From contig CM000436.1 in the NCBI GenBank assembly GCA_000165345.1, forward strand, positions 128,001-192,000: a DNA stretch of 64,000 nucleotides, read 5' to 3'. The position numbers were made by a program, and so were the translations under genes. Shown here piece after piece: positions 49,981-63,002 of this stretch; within the stretch, counting starts at the first letter, position 1, and every line of letters starts with the position of its first letter. The notes under the pieces are model-generated. The model ran no database searches. It saw nothing but the letters and a program-made list of their open reading frames with translations, and was not told where the DNA came from.

Positions 49981-52900
49981 NNANNNNNNNNNNNNNNNNN
50001 NNNNNNNNNNNNNNNNNNNNNNNNNNNNNNNNNNNNNNNNNNNNNNNNNNNNNNNNNNNNNNNNNNNNNNNNNNNNNNNNNNNNNNNNNNNNNNNNNNNN
50101 NNNNNNNNNNNNNNNNNNNNNNNNNNNNNNNNNNNNNNNNNNNNNNNNNNNNNNNNNNNNNNNNNNNNNNNNNNNNNNNNNNNNNNNNNNNNNNNNNNNN
50201 NNNNNNNNNNNNNNNNNNNNNNNNNNNNNNNNNNNNNNNNNNNNNNNNNNNNNNNNNNNNNNNNNNNNNNNNNNNNNNNNNNNNNNNNNNNNNNNNNNNN
50301 NNNNNNNNNNNNNNNNNNNNNNNNNNNNNNNNNNNNNNNNNNNNNNNNNNNNNNNNNNNNNNNNNNNNNNNNNNNNNNNNNNNNNNNNNNNNNNNNNNNN
50401 NNNNNNNNNNNNNNNNNNNNNNNNNNNNNNNNNNNNNNNNNNNNNNNNNNNNNNNNNNNNNNNNNNNNNNNNNNNNNNNNNNNNNNNNNNNNNNNNNNNN
50501 NNNNNNNNNNNNNNNNNNNNNNNNNNNNNNNNNNNNNNNNNNNNNNNNNNNNNNNNNNNNNNNNNNNNNNNNNNNNNNNNNNNNNNNNNNNNNNNNNNNN
50601 NNNNNNNNNNNNNNNNNNNNNNNNNNNNNNNNNNNNNNNNNNNNNNNNNNNNNNNNNNNNNNNNNNNNNNNNNNNNNNNNNNNNNNNNNNNNNNNNNNNN
50701 NNNNNNNNNNNNNNNNNNNNNNNNNNNNNNNNNNNNNNNNNNNNNNNNNNNNNNNNNNNNNNNNNNNNNNNNNNNNNNNNNNNNNNNNNNNNNNNNNNNN
50801 NNNNNNNNNNNNNNNNNNNNNNNNNNNNNNNNNNNNNNNNNNNNNNNNNNNNNNNNNNNNNNNNNNNNNNNNNNNNNNNNNNNNNNNNNNNNNNNNNNNN
50901 NNNNNNNNNNNNNNNNNNNNNNNNNNNNNNNNNNNNNNNNNNNNNNNNNNNNNNNNNNNNNNNNNNNNNNNNNNNNNNNNNNNNNNNNNNNNNNNNNNNN
51001 NNNNNNNNNNNNNNNNNNNNNNNNNNNNNNNNNNNNNNNNNNNNNNNNNNNNNNNNNNNNNNNNNNNNNNNNNNNNNNNNNNNNNNNNNNNNNNNNNNNN
51101 NNNNNNNNNNNNNNNNNNNNNNNNNNNNNNNNNNNNNNNNNNNNNNNNNNNNNNNNNNNNNNNNNNNNNNNNNNNNNNNNNNNNNNNNNNNNNNNNNNNN
51201 NNNNNNNNNNNNNNNNNNNNNNNNNNNNNNNNNNNNNNNNNNNNNNNNNNNNNNNNNNNNNNNNNNNNNNNNNNNNNNNNNNNNNNNNNNNNNNNNNNNN
51301 NNNNNNNNNNNNNNNNNNNNNNNNNNNNNNNNNNNNNNNNNNNNNNNNNNNNNNNNNNNNNNNNNNNNNNNNNNNNNNNNNNNNNNNNNNNNNNNNNNNN
51401 NNNNNNNNNNNNNNNNNNNNNNNNNNNNNNNNNNNNNNNNNNNNNNNNNNNNNNNNNNNNNNNNNNNNNNNNNNNNNNNNNNNNNNNNNNNNNNNNNNNN
51501 NNNNNNNNNNNNNNNNNNNNNNNNNNNNNNNNNNNNNNNNNNNNNNNNNNNNNNNNNNNNNNNNNNNNNNNNNNNNNNNNNNNNNNNNNNNNNNNNNNNN
51601 NNNNNNNNNNNNNNNNNNNNNNNNNNNNNNNNNNNNNNNNNNNNNNNNNNNNNNNNNNNNNNNNNNNNNNNNNNNNNNNNNNNNNNNNNNNNNNNNNNNN
51701 NNNNNNNNNNNNNNNNNNNNNNNNNNNNNNNNNNNNNNNNNNNNNNNNNNNNNNNNNNNNNNNNNNNNNNNNNNNNNNNNNNNNNNNNNNNNNNNNNNNN
51801 NNNNNNNNNNNNNNNNNNNNNNNNNNNNNNNNNNNNNNNNNNNNNNNNNNNNNNNNNNNNNNNNNNNNNNNNNNNNNNNNNNNNNNNNNNNNNNNNNNNN
51901 NNNNNNNNNNNNNNNNNNNNNNNNNNNNNNNNNNNNNNNNNNNNNNNNNNNNNNNNNNNNNNNNNNNNNNNNNNNNNNNNNNNNNNNNNNNNNNNNNNNN
52001 NNNNNNNNNNNNNNNNNNNNNNNNNNNNNNNNNNNNNNNNNNNNNNNNNNNNNNNNNNNNNNNNNNNNNNNNNNNNNNNNNNNNNNNNNNNNNNNNNNNN
52101 NNNNNNNNNNNNNNNNNNNNNNNNNNNNNNNNNNNNNNNNNNNNNNNNNNNNNNNNNNNNNNNNNNNNNNNNNNNNNNNNNNNNNNNNNNNNNNNNNNNN
52201 NNNNNNNNNNNNNNNNNNNNNNNNNNNNNNNNNNNNNNNNNNNNNNNNNNNNNNNNNNNNNNNNNNNNNNNNNNNNNNNNNNNNNNNNNNNNNNNNNNNN
52301 NNNNNNNNNNNNNNNNNNNNNNNNNNNNNNNNNNNNNNNNNNNNNNNNNNNNNNNNNNNNNNNNNNNNNNNNNNNNNNNNNNNNNNNNNNNNNNNNNNNN
52401 NNNNNNNNNNNNNNNNNNNNNNNNNNNNNNNNNNNNNNNNNNNNNNNNNNNNNNNNNNNNNNNNNNNNNNNNNNNNNNNNNNNNNNNNNNNNNNNNNNNN
52501 NNNNNNNNNNNNNNNNNNNNNNNNNNNNNNNNNNNNNNNNNNNNNNNNNNNNNNNNNNNNNNNNNNNNNNNNNNNNNNNNNNNNNNNNNNNNNNNNNNNN
52601 NNNNNNNNNNNNNNNNNNNNNNNNNNNNNNNNNNNNNNNNNNNNNNNNNNNNNNNNNNNNNNNNNNNNNNNNNNNNNNNNNNNNNNNNNNNNNNNNNNNN
52701 NNNNNNNNNNNNNNNNNNNNNNNNNNNNNNNNNNNNNNNNNNNNNNNNNNNNNNNNNNNNNNNNNNNNNNNNNNNNNNNNNNNNNNNNNNNNNNNNNNNN
52801 NNNNNNNNNNNNNNNNNNNNNNNNNNNNNNNNNNNNNNNNNNNNNNNNNNNNNNNNNNNNNNNNNNNNNNNNNNNNNNNNNNNNNNNNNNNNNNNNNNNN

Positions 52901-55900
52901 NNNNNNNNNNNNNNNNNNNNNNNNNNNNNNNNNNNNNNNNNNNNNNNNNNNNNNNNNNNNNNNNNNNNNNNNNNNNNNNNNNNNNNNNNNNNNNNNNNNN
53001 NNNNNNNNNNNNNNNNNNNNNNNNNNNNNNNNNNNNNNNNNNNNNNNNNNNNNNNNNNNNNNNNNNNNNNNNNNNNNNNNNNNNNNNNNNNNNNNNNNNN
53101 NNNNNNNNNNNNNNNNNNNNNNNNNNNNNNNNNNNNNNNNNNNNNNNNNNNNNNNNNNNNNNNNNNNNNNNNNNNNNNNNNNNNNNNNNNNNNNNNNNNN
53201 NNNNNNNNNNNNNNNNNNNNNNNNNNNNNNNNNNNNNNNNNNNNNNNNNNNNNNNNNNNNNNNNNNNNNNNNNNNNNNNNNNNNNNNNNNNNNNNNNNNN
53301 NNNNNNNNNNNNNNNNNNNNNNNNNNNNNNNNNNNNNNNNNNNNNNNNNNNNNNNNNNNNNNNNNNNNNNNNNNNNNNNNNNNNNNNNNNNNNNNNNNNN
53401 NNNNNNNNNNNNNNNNNNNNNNNNNNNNNNNNNNNNNNNNNNNNNNNNNNNNNNNNNNNNNNNNNNNNNNNNNNNNNNNNNNNNNNNNNNNNNNNNNNNN
53501 NNNNNNNNNNNNNNNNNNNNNNNNNNNNNNNNNNNNNNNNNNNNNNNNNNNNNNNNNNNNNNNNNNNNNNNNNNNNNNNNNNNNNNNNNNNNNNNNNNNN
53601 NNNNNNNNNNNNNNNNNNNNNNNNNNNNNNNNNNNNNNNNNNNNNNNNNNNNNNNNNNNNNNNNNNNNNNNNNNNNNNNNNNNNNNNNNNNNNNNNNNNN
53701 NNNNNNNNNNNNNNNNNNNNNNNNNNNNNNNNNNNNNNNNNNNNNNNNNNNNNNNNNNNNNNNNNNNNNNNNNNNNNNNNNNNNNNNNNNNNNNNNNNNN
53801 NNNNNNNNNNNNNNNNNNNNNNNNNNNNNNNNNNNNNNNNNNNNNNNNNNNNNNNNNNNNNNNNNNNNNNNNNNNNNNNNNNNNNNNNNNNNNNNNNNNN
53901 NNNNNNNNNNNNNNNNNNNNNNNNNNNNNNNNNNNNNNNNNNNNNNNNNNNNNNNNNNNNNNNNNNNNNNNNNNNNNNNNNNNNNNNNNNNNNNNNNNNN
54001 NNNNNNNNNNNNNNNNNNNNNNNNNNNNNNNNNNNNNNNNNNNNNNNNNNNNNNNNNNNNNNNNNNNNNNNNNNNNNNNNNNNNNNNNNNNNNNNNNNNN
54101 NNNNNNNNNNNNNNNNNNNNNNNNNNNNNNNNNNNNNNNNNNNNNNNNNNNNNNNNNNNNNNNNNNNNNNNNNNNNNNNNNNNNNNNNNNNNNNNNNNNN
54201 NNNNNNNNNNNNNNNNNNNNNNNNNNNNNNNNNNNNNNNNNNNNNNNNNNNNNNNNNNNNNNNNNNNNNNNNNNNNNNNNNNNNNNNNNNNNNNNNNNNN
54301 NNNNNNNNNNNNNNNNNNNNNNNNNNNNNNNNNNNNNNNNNNNNNNNNNNNNNNNNNNNNNNNNNNNNNNNNNNNNNNNNNNNNNNNNNNNNNNNNNNNN
54401 NNNNNNNNNNNNNNNNNNNNNNNNNNNNNNNNNNNNNNNNNNNNNNNNNNNNNNNNNNNNNNNNNNNNNNNNNNNNNNNNNNNNNNNNNNNNNNNNNNNN
54501 NNNNNNNNNNNNNNNNNNNNNNNNNNNNNNNNNNNNNNNNNNNNNNNNNNNNNNNNNNNNNNNNNNNNNNNNNNNNNNNNNNNNNNNNNNNNNNNNNNNN
54601 NNNNNNNNNNNNNNNNNNNNNNNNNNNNNNNNNNNNNNNNNNNNNNNNNNNNNNNNNNNNNNNNNNNNNNNNNNNNNNNNNNNNNNNNNNNNNNNNNNNN
54701 NNNNNNNNNNNNNNNNNNNNNNNNNNNNNNNNNNNNNNNNNNNNNNNNNNNNNNNNNNNNNNNNNNNNNNNNNNNNNNNNNNNNNNNNNNNNNNNNNNNN
54801 NNNNNNNNNNNNNNNNNNNNNNNNNNNNNNNNNNNNNNNNNNNNNNNNNNNNNNNNNNNNNNNNNNNNNNNNNNNNNNNNNNNNNNNNNNNNNNNNNNNN
54901 NNNNNNNNNNNNNNNNNNNNNNNNNNNNNNNNNNNNNNNNNNNNNNNNNNNNNNNNNNNNNNNNNNNNNNNNNNNNNNNNNNNNNNNNNNNNNNNNNNNN
55001 NNNNNNNNNNNNNNNNNNNNNNNNNNNNNNNNNNNNNNNNNNNNNNNNNNNNNNNNNNNNNNNNNNNNNNNNNNNNNNNNNNNNNNNNNNNNNNNNNNNN
55101 NNNNNNNNNNNNNNNNNNNNNNNNNNNNNNNNNNNNNNNNNNNNNNNNNNNNNNNNNNNNNNNNNNNNNNNNNNNNNNNNNNNNNNNNNNNNNNNNNNNN
55201 NNNNNNNNNNNNNNNNNNNNNNNNNNNNNNNNNNNNNNNNNNNNNNNNNNNNNNNNNNNNNNNNNNNNNNNNNNNNNNNNNNNNNNNNNNNNNNNNNNNN
55301 NNNNNNNNNNNNNNNNNNNNNNNNNNNNNNNNNNNNNNNNNNNNNNNNNNNNNNNNNNNNNNNNNNNNNNNNNNNNNNNNNNNNNNNNNNNNNNNNNNNN
55401 NNNNNNNNNNNNNNNNNNNNNNNNNNNNNNNNNNNNNNNNNNNNNNNNNNNNNNNNNNNNNNNNNNNNNNNNNNNNNNNNNNNNNNNNNNNNNNNNNNNN
55501 NNNNNNNNNNNNNNNNNNNNNNNNNNNNNNNNNNNNNNNNNNNNNNNNNNNNNNNNNNNNNNNNNNNNNNNNNNNNNNNNNNNNNNNNNNNNNNNNNNNN
55601 NNNNNNNNNNNNNNNNNNNNNNNNNNNNNNNNNNNNNNNNNNNNNNNNNNNNNNNNNNNNNNNNNNNNNNNNNNNNNNNNNNNNNNNNNNNNNNNNNNNN
55701 NNNNNNNNNNNNNNNNNNNNNNNNNNNNNNNNNNNNNNNNNNNNNNNNNNNNNNNNNNNNNNNNNNNNNNNNNNNNNNNNNNNNNNNNNNNNNNNNNNNN
55801 NNNNNNNNNNNNNNNNNNNNNNNNNNNNNNNNNNNNNNNNNNNNNNNNNNNNNNNNNNNNNNNNNNNNNNNNNNNNNNNNNNNNNNNNNNNNNNNNNNNN

Positions 55901-58900
55901 NNNNNNNNNNNNNNNNNNNNNNNNNNNNNNNNNNNNNNNNNNNNNNNNNNNNNNNNNNNNNNNNNNNNNNNNNNNNNNNNNNNNNNNNNNNNNNNNNNNN
56001 NNNNNNNNNNNNNNNNNNNNNNNNNNNNNNNNNNNNNNNNNNNNNNNNNNNNNNNNNNNNNNNNNNNNNNNNNNNNNNNNNNNNNNNNNNNNNNNNNNNN
56101 NNNNNNNNNNNNNNNNNNNNNNNNNNNNNNNNNNNNNNNNNNNNNNNNNNNNNNNNNNNNNNNNNNNNNNNNNNNNNNNNNNNNNNNNNNNNNNNNNNNN
56201 NNNNNNNNNNNNNNNNNNNNNNNNNNNNNNNNNNNNNNNNNNNNNNNNNNNNNNNNNNNNNNNNNNNNNNNNNNNNNNNNNNNNNNNNNNNNNNNNNNNN
56301 NNNNNNNNNNNNNNNNNNNNNNNNNNNNNNNNNNNNNNNNNNNNNNNNNNNNNNNNNNNNNNNNNNNNNNNNNNNNNNNNNNNNNNNNNNNNNNNNNNNN
56401 NNNNNNNNNNNNNNNNNNNNNNNNNNNNNNNNNNNNNNNNNNNNNNNNNNNNNNNNNNNNNNNNNNNNNNNNNNNNNNNNNNNNNNNNNNNNNNNNNNNN
56501 NNNNNNNNNNNNNNNNNNNNNNNNNNNNNNNNNNNNNNNNNNNNNNNNNNNNNNNNNNNNNNNNNNNNNNNNNNNNNNNNNNNNNNNNNNNNNNNNNNNN
56601 NNNNNNNNNNNNNNNNNNNNNNNNNNNNNNNNNNNNNNNNNNNNNNNNNNNNNNNNNNNNNNNNNNNNNNNNNNNNNNNNNNNNNNNNNNNNNNNNNNNN
56701 NNNNNNNNNNNNNNNNNNNNNNNNNNNNNNNNNNNNNNNNNNNNNNNNNNNNNNNNNNNNNNNNNNNNNNNNNNNNNNNNNNNNNNNNNNNNNNNNNNNN
56801 NNNNNNNNNNNNNNNNNNNNNNNNNNNNNNNNNNNNNNNNNNNNNNNNNNNNNNNNNNNNNNNNNNNNNNNNNNNNNNNNNNNNNNNNNNNNNNNNNNNN
56901 NNNNNNNNNNNNNNNNNNNNNNNNNNNNNNNNNNNNNNNNNNNNNNNNNNNNNNNNNNNNNNNNNNNNNNNNNNNNNNNNNNNNNNNNNNNNNNNNNNNN
57001 NNNNNNNNNNNNNNNNNNNNNNNNNNNNNNNNNNNNNNNNNNNNNNNNNNNNNNNNNNNNNNNNNNNNNNNNNNNNNNNNNNNNNNNNNNNNNNNNNNNN
57101 NNNNNNNNNNNNNNNNNNNNNNNNNNNNNNNNNNNNNNNNNNNNNNNNNNNNNNNNNNNNNNNNNNNNNNNNNNNNNNNNNNNNNNNNNNNNNNNNNNNN
57201 NNNNNNNNNNNNNNNNNNNNNNNNNNNNNNNNNNNNNNNNNNNNNNNNNNNNNNNNNNNNNNNNNNNNNNNNNNNNNNNNNNNNNNNNNNNNNNNNNNNN
57301 NNNNNNNNNNNNNNNNNNNNNNNNNNNNNNNNNNNNNNNNNNNNNNNNNNNNNNNNNNNNNNNNNNNNNNNNNNNNNNNNNNNNNNNNNNNNNNNNNNNN
57401 NNNNNNNNNNNNNNNNNNNNNNNNNNNNNNNNNNNNNNNNNNNNNNNNNNNNNNNNNNNNNNNNNNNNNNNNNNNNNNNNNNNNNNNNNNNNNNNNNNNN
57501 NNNNNNNNNNNNNNNNNNNNNNNNNNNNNNNNNNNNNNNNNNNNNNNNNNNNNNNNNNNNNNNNNNNNNNNNNNNNNNNNNNNNNNNNNNNNNNNNNNNN
57601 NNNNNNNNNNNNNNNNNNNNNNNNNNNNNNNNNNNNNNNNNNNNNNNNNNNNNNNNNNNNNNNNNNNNNNNNNNNNNNNNNNNNNNNNNNNNNNNNNNNN
57701 NNNNNNNNNNNNNNNNNNNNNNNNNNNNNNNNNNNNNNNNNNNNNNNNNNNNNNNNNNNNNNNNNNNNNNNNNNNNNNNNNNNNNNNNNNNNNNNNNNNN
57801 NNNNNNNNNNNNNNNNNNNNNNNNNNNNNNNNNNNNNNNNNNNNNNNNNNNNNNNNNNNNNNNNNNNNNNNNNNNNNNNNNNNNNNNNNNNNNNNNNNNN
57901 NNNNNNNNNNNNNNNNNNNNNNNNNNNNNNNNNNNNNNNNNNNNNNNNNNNNNNNNNNNNNNNNNNNNNNNNNNNNNNNNNNNNNNNNNNNNNNNNNNNN
58001 NNNNNNNNNNNNNNNNNNNNNNNNNNNNNNNNNNNNNNNNNNNNNNNNNNNNNNNNNNNNNNNNNNNNNNNNNNNNNNNNNNNNNNNNNNNNNNNNNNNN
58101 NNNNNNNNNNNNNNNNNNNNNNNNNNNNNNNNNNNNNNNNNNNNNNNNNNNNNNNNNNNNNNNNNNNNNNNNNNNNNNNNNNNNNNNNNNNNNNNNNNNN
58201 NNNNNNNNNNNNNNNNNNNNNNNNNNNNNNNNNNNNNNNNNNNNNNNNNNNNNNNNNNNNNNNNNNNNNNNNNNNNNNNNNNNNNNNNNNNNNNNNNNNN
58301 NNNNNNNNNNNNNNNNNNNNNNNNNNNNNNNNNNNNNNNNNNNNNNNNNNNNNNNNNNNNNNNNNNNNNNNNNNNNNNNNNNNNNNNNNNNNNNNNNNNN
58401 NNNNNNNNNNNNNNNNNNNNNNNNNNNNNNNNNNNNNNNNNNNNNNNNNNNNNNNNNNNNNNNNNNNNNNNNNNNNNNNNNNNNNNNNNNNNNNNNNNNN
58501 NNNNNNNNNNNNNNNNNNNNNNNNNNNNNNNNNNNNNNNNNNNNNNNNNNNNNNNNNNNNNNNNNNNNNNNNNNNNNNNNNNNNNNNNNNNNNNNNNNNN
58601 NNNNNNNNNNNNNNNNNNNNNNNNNNNNNNNNNNNNNNNNNNNNNNNNNNNNNNNNNNNNNNNNNNNNNNNNNNNNNNNNNNNNNNNNNNNNNNNNNNNN
58701 NNNNNNNNNNNNNNNNNNNNNNNNNNNNNNNNNNNNNNNNNNNNNNNNNNNNNNNNNNNNNNNNNNNNNNNNNNNNNNNNNNNNNNNNNNNNNNNNNNNN
58801 NNNNNNNNNNNNNNNNNNNNNNNNNNNNNNNNNNNNNNNNNNNNNNNNNNNNNNNNNNNNNNNNNNNNNNNNNNNNNNNNNNNNNNNNNNNNNNNNNNNN

Positions 58901-59983
58901 NNNNNNNNNNNNNNNNNNNNNNNNNNNNNNNNNNNNNNNNNNNNNNNNNNNNNNNNNNNNNNNNNNNNNNNNNNNNNNNNNNNNNNNNNNNNNNNNNNNN
59001 NNNNNNNNNNNNNNNNNNNNNNNNNNNNNNNNNNNNNNNNNNNNNNNNNNNNNNNNNNNNNNNNNNNNNNNNNNNNNNNNNNNNNNNNNNNNNNNNNNNN
59101 NNNNNNNNNNNNNNNNNNNNNNNNNNNNNNNNNNNNNNNNNNNNNNNNNNNNNNNNNNNNNNNNNNNNNNNNNNNNNNNNNNNNNNNNNNNNNNNNNNNN
59201 NNNNNNNNNNNNNNNNNNNNNNNNNNNNNNNNNNNNNNNNNNNNNNNNNNNNNNNNNNNNNNNNNNNNNNNNNNNNNNNNNNNNNNNNNNNNNNNNNNNN
59301 NNNNNNNNNNNNNNNNNNNNNNNNNNNNNNNNNNNNNNNNNNNNNNNNNNNNNNNNNNNNNNNNNNNNNNNNNNNNNNNNNNNNNNNNNNNNNNNNNNNN
59401 NNNNNNNNNNNNNNNNNNNNNNNNNNNNNNNNNNNNNNNNNNNNNNNNNNNNNNNNNNNNNNNNNNNNNNNNNNNNNNNNNNNNNNNNNNNNNNNNNNNN
59501 NNNNNNNNNNNNNNNNNNNNNNNNNNNNNNNNNNNNNNNNNNNNNNNNNNNNNNNNNNNNNNNNNNNNNNNNNNNNNNNNNNNNNNNNNNNNNNNNNNNN
59601 NNNNNNNNNNNNNNNNNNNNNNNNNNNNNNNNNNNNNNNNNNNNNNNNNNNNNNNNNNNNNNNNNNNNNNNNNNNNNNNNNNNNNNNNNNNNNNNNNNNN
59701 NNNNNNNNNNNNNNNNNNNNNNNNNNNNNNNNNNNNNNNNNNNNNNNNNNNNNNNNNNNNNNNNNNNNNNNNNNNNNNNNNNNNNNNNNNNNNNNNNNNN
59801 NNNNNNNNNNNNNNNNNNNNNNNNNNNNNNNNNNNNNNNNNNNNNNNNNNNNNNNNNNNNNNNNNNNNNNNNNNNNNNNNNNNNNNNNNNNNNNNNNNNN
59901 NNNNNNNNNNNNNNNNNNNNNNNNNNNNNNNNNNNNNNNNNNNNNNNNNNNNNNNNNNNNNNNNNNNNNNNNNNNNNNNNNNN
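49981..59983. other. assembly gap: a run of exactly 10,000 N (49984–59983). It is preceded by about 1.3 kb riddled with single n calls (48748–49980) and followed by about 100 bp of atypical composition (59984–60084).
   Basis: This is read directly from the sequence. A 10,000-N run is a conventional placeholder of unknown true length. Confidence 0.95.
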
Positions 59984-60302
59984 ATAAACTCGACCTAACA
60001 ACATATACCCCNAAGGTCCGTGAAAGCCATAACCTTAATGTAGGTACCCTTTCCAAGGTAACCTGGAATACTTTGGAATCATAATTTAATTAGTAATTCC
60101 CCCAAAATAAAACTATTTGTTAATATCTGGAGTTAACTTAACTAAATCATCTTGATAAAATGAAGAAATTAATCCCATTGGTTAATTGATATAAAGATAA
60201 ATCTTTTAAATCTGATTTATTACTTTTATCATCCAATAATTTTATTAAATCTAATATTGGATCCAATTTTAATCTTGATTCACAATCTGTTCATATCTCT
60301 GT

Positions 60303-62249
60303 TCAATTCTGTTTTAATAAATTTGCTATATAAGTTTGATCATCATTTTTTCCATGATTTTTCTTATAAAATCTTCTACCATTCTCTAAAATTAAATCTA
60401 ATTGTAAATGTCTATAATATAATAATGATAATAAAGTTTGATTACATGTTTTTTGTTTTGTACTATTAATCAATTTTAAATCATTACTTATTAATTGATT
60501 AAGTGAATCTTTATCAGTTGATTTAATCTTAGTCTTAAATTGTTTAGATGTTATTGTTATTTCTTTTGTTTTAATCATATGCATTGTTAAAATACTCATT
60601 AATTTATTTAATTGGAATTTTAATTCTGAACATTTTAATATATATTGATTTCTTGTTTCAATCTTTGTTATATTTTTTATTTTATTTAATATATATCTAT
60701 ATATCTTTAAAAAATCTAAAATCTTTTCTAATATAACTAAAATCATATTCATACTAAGATTATTTGCAAGATTGATTTGATTTGATGATGAAAACCATAT
60801 AATAAAGTCATTAAATGATAATGAATCAATAGCTTTTGTATAATATTCTTGTGGAAATCTTGAAACAATAGGAAATAAAAATTCATCAAAATCAAGATTT
60901 AAATCTTCATTATTTACAGTAAATCTTAATTCAACACATTTTTTATATATAAATTGTAATAATGGCCAAATTTGATTATGTATTGCTTTAAATTTATTAT
61001 ATACATCTTTATCCATATTAATTTCTGTTGAAGAAATTTTTAATTGTTGATTAAAATTATCTAATAATCTCTTTATTGTTATATTATTAAATTGTTTAGA
61101 TAGATCTAATTCTTTTCTTAACATTAAAAAATTCTCTGATTCACATATTGTTGGTAATGATGATGATATAAAATTATTAGTTTTAAGATCATATAAACAA
61201 AGCGTTTGTAAAACTTGAGTATATAAGATTGATCTATTTAATATATTTAAAGTATTTTTTAAAATATTAATTCTTGTTTCTAAATATTGATCATTTTTTC
61301 CAGCAGAAGTTAAATTATCTTTCTCTGTTTGTAAATGATTTAAACTTGAAGTATTTTTCTCATAATGTGATTTTAAAGTTTTTTGTATTTTTTCAATTTT
61401 AATTTGGAATAAATCATCCAAACATTTTTTAAAATCAAATTGGATTAAATTTTCTAATACTTGTGAAATTATAATTAATAATTTATGTGTAAATAAAATA
61501 AGACTTTTTGGTTGAAAATAACTGATTACCAAAGTTTGAAAATCCATTTCTCTTTGTTTTTGAGATTGAATATATAGATTATGTTTATTATAAGTTAATA
61601 TACCAGAATTAACAGCATCTAATAATCTTTTATTTCTTCGTATTTCTCTTTCATGAGCTTTATCTTTACGTCTTTTTTGTAAATCAGCTTTTTCTTGTAA
61701 TGTTTTACCTTGATAATGAGTTGTGAAAGGTCTATACATAACTTCTTTTTCAACTTGTTCTCCTTTAAGAATACTTTTTCTATATTTACATTTATCAAGT
61801 TTAAGTTGATATGTAACAATTTTTGAAGCAAGTTCTTTCATTTTTAATTGTAATCTTTTAATAGCATTAGCTCTTTTTTCACATGTATTACATCTATTAC
61901 CTTTTTGTTTTTTAGTTCCTTCTTGTTGGCATTGATGTTTATCATAATTTTCTCGAATAGATTTAGAATTTGCTTTAAATTTATTGAATTCAGTTGTTAA
62001 TGTTTCAATTTCTGATTCTAATTGAGATATTAAATTTTCTATTTGAGATAATGGAACACTACTTAGAATCCAATGTGTAATTTCACTATTTATTGTTAAT
62101 TTAGGATTTTTGGTAAATCCTGGAAAATTTAGATAAGATGATTCAATAATGTTATTTAATTTATTATGAAGGAAAATTGAATTCTTTTCATTATTTACCA
62201 ATAATCCAATTAACAATAAAACTGTAAAATGTATCCATTTATTCATCAT
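60303..62249 (-). CDS. family member C (5' portion); an uninterrupted N-domain plus the start of the helical domain. The 3' portion is frameshifted near the contig edge and runs into the 10-kb gap.
   Basis: ATG is at 62247–62249, and the signal peptide is MMNKWIHFTVLLLIGLLVN. The first 230 aa are about 45–55% identical to A's N-terminal piece. The protein then continues in frame into the helical domain (VISYFQPKSLILFTHKLL..; A has VISYFQPKTLILFTDKLL..). Downstream of 60303, A-like coding continues in shifted frames (..YQLT / MGLISSFYQDDLVKLTPDINK..) until the N run begins at 59984. Confidence 0.55.
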   Translation of the reverse strand: MMNKWIHFTVLLLIGLLVNNEKNSIFLHNKLNNIIESSYLNFPGFTKNPKLTINSEITHWILSSVPLSQIENLISQLESEIETLTTEFNKFKANSKSIRENYDKHQCQQEGTKKQKGNRCNTCEKRANAIKRLQLKMKELASKIVTYQLKLDKCKYRKSILKGEQVEKEVMYRPFTTHYQGKTLQEKADLQKRRKDKAHEREIRRNKRLLDAVNSGILTYNKHNLYIQSQKQREMDFQTLVISYFQPKSLILFTHKLLIIISQVLENLIQFDFKKCLDDLFQIKIEKIQKTLKSHYEKNTSSLNHLQTEKDNLTSAGKNDQYLETRINILKNTLNILNRSILYTQVLQTLCLYDLKTNNFISSSLPTICESENFLMLRKELDLSKQFNNITIKRLLDNFNQQLKISSTEINMDKDVYNKFKAIHNQIWPLLQFIYKKCVELRFTVNNEDLNLDFDEFLFPIVSRFPQEYYTKAIDSLSFNDFIIWFSSSNQINLANNLSMNMILVILEKILDFLKIYRYILNKIKNITKIETRNQYILKCSELKFQLNKLMSILTMHMIKTKEITITSKQFKTKIKSTDKDSLNQLISNDLKLINSTKQKTCNQTLLSLLYYRHLQLDLILENGRRFYKKNHGKNDDQTYIANLLKQN

Positions 62250-63002
62250 TCAATTATTTGATAAATTATCCTCCTTTTCTCTCTTTTTTTTTATATATAT
62301 AATATACCCCAATATCTTTATTTTGATAGGAAGGAGGGGGGAAAAAAATTCACCTTCCCTAATTTATCGGTTAACTTGTAGATATTATAACAAAAATTTA
62401 CAAAATATTCTCCAATTTAAATGATCTCTCTTTAAATACTATTGGATTATTATGATGATTCTTCTATTACGAAAAGAAAATGGAATATATTATTGCAAGC
62501 TATTCTTTCTTTATTTCCTTCTTTCTTTATTTCTTTCTGTTTCTCTCTATCTCTCTCTTCTGAGTATTATATATAAATACAATTAATATTATTTAGTTTA
62601 CTTCTTACTTTATGAAAAACTTAATATTATTTATAGAAATTCTGTTACTTCAATTTCAAGGTCTCAGTAACGGAAATTATTTATTTTTTTAAAGAAAAAA
62701 AAAATTAAACCATATATTTTAGGAAAAAAAACCCCATATAAATATAAAGTTGATTATATTAAGATGTGAAATTTTGATAGATATTCAATATATAATGACT
62801 TTTATTTAAAAATTATTTTAAAAAAAAAAAAAAAAAATGAGACTTTCTGCTCTTATTTTTGTATTATTATTTAAAATATAAACCAATTTATTTCATATTG
62901 TTTGTTTCACTGTTAAATTTGAGTAAAAAAAAGATGTATGATTTCTTATTCTTATTCTTCTCTTATTATTAACAGAAATCACAACTTCAGGATTTCATAT
63001 CA

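Noticed and set aside
49917-60084. Giant track ORFs of more than 3300 X residues on both strands
   Set aside because: They are translations of the 10,000-N gap and carry no information.
59984-60084. About 100 bp of GC-richer sequence (ataaactcgacctaacaacatataccc..ggtaccctttccaaggtaacctgg) immediately after the gap, possibly a distinct element or gene fragment
   Set aside because: It is too short, matches nothing in the window, and abuts a placeholder gap. It is most likely a contig-end artefact or misjoin. I could not interpret it.
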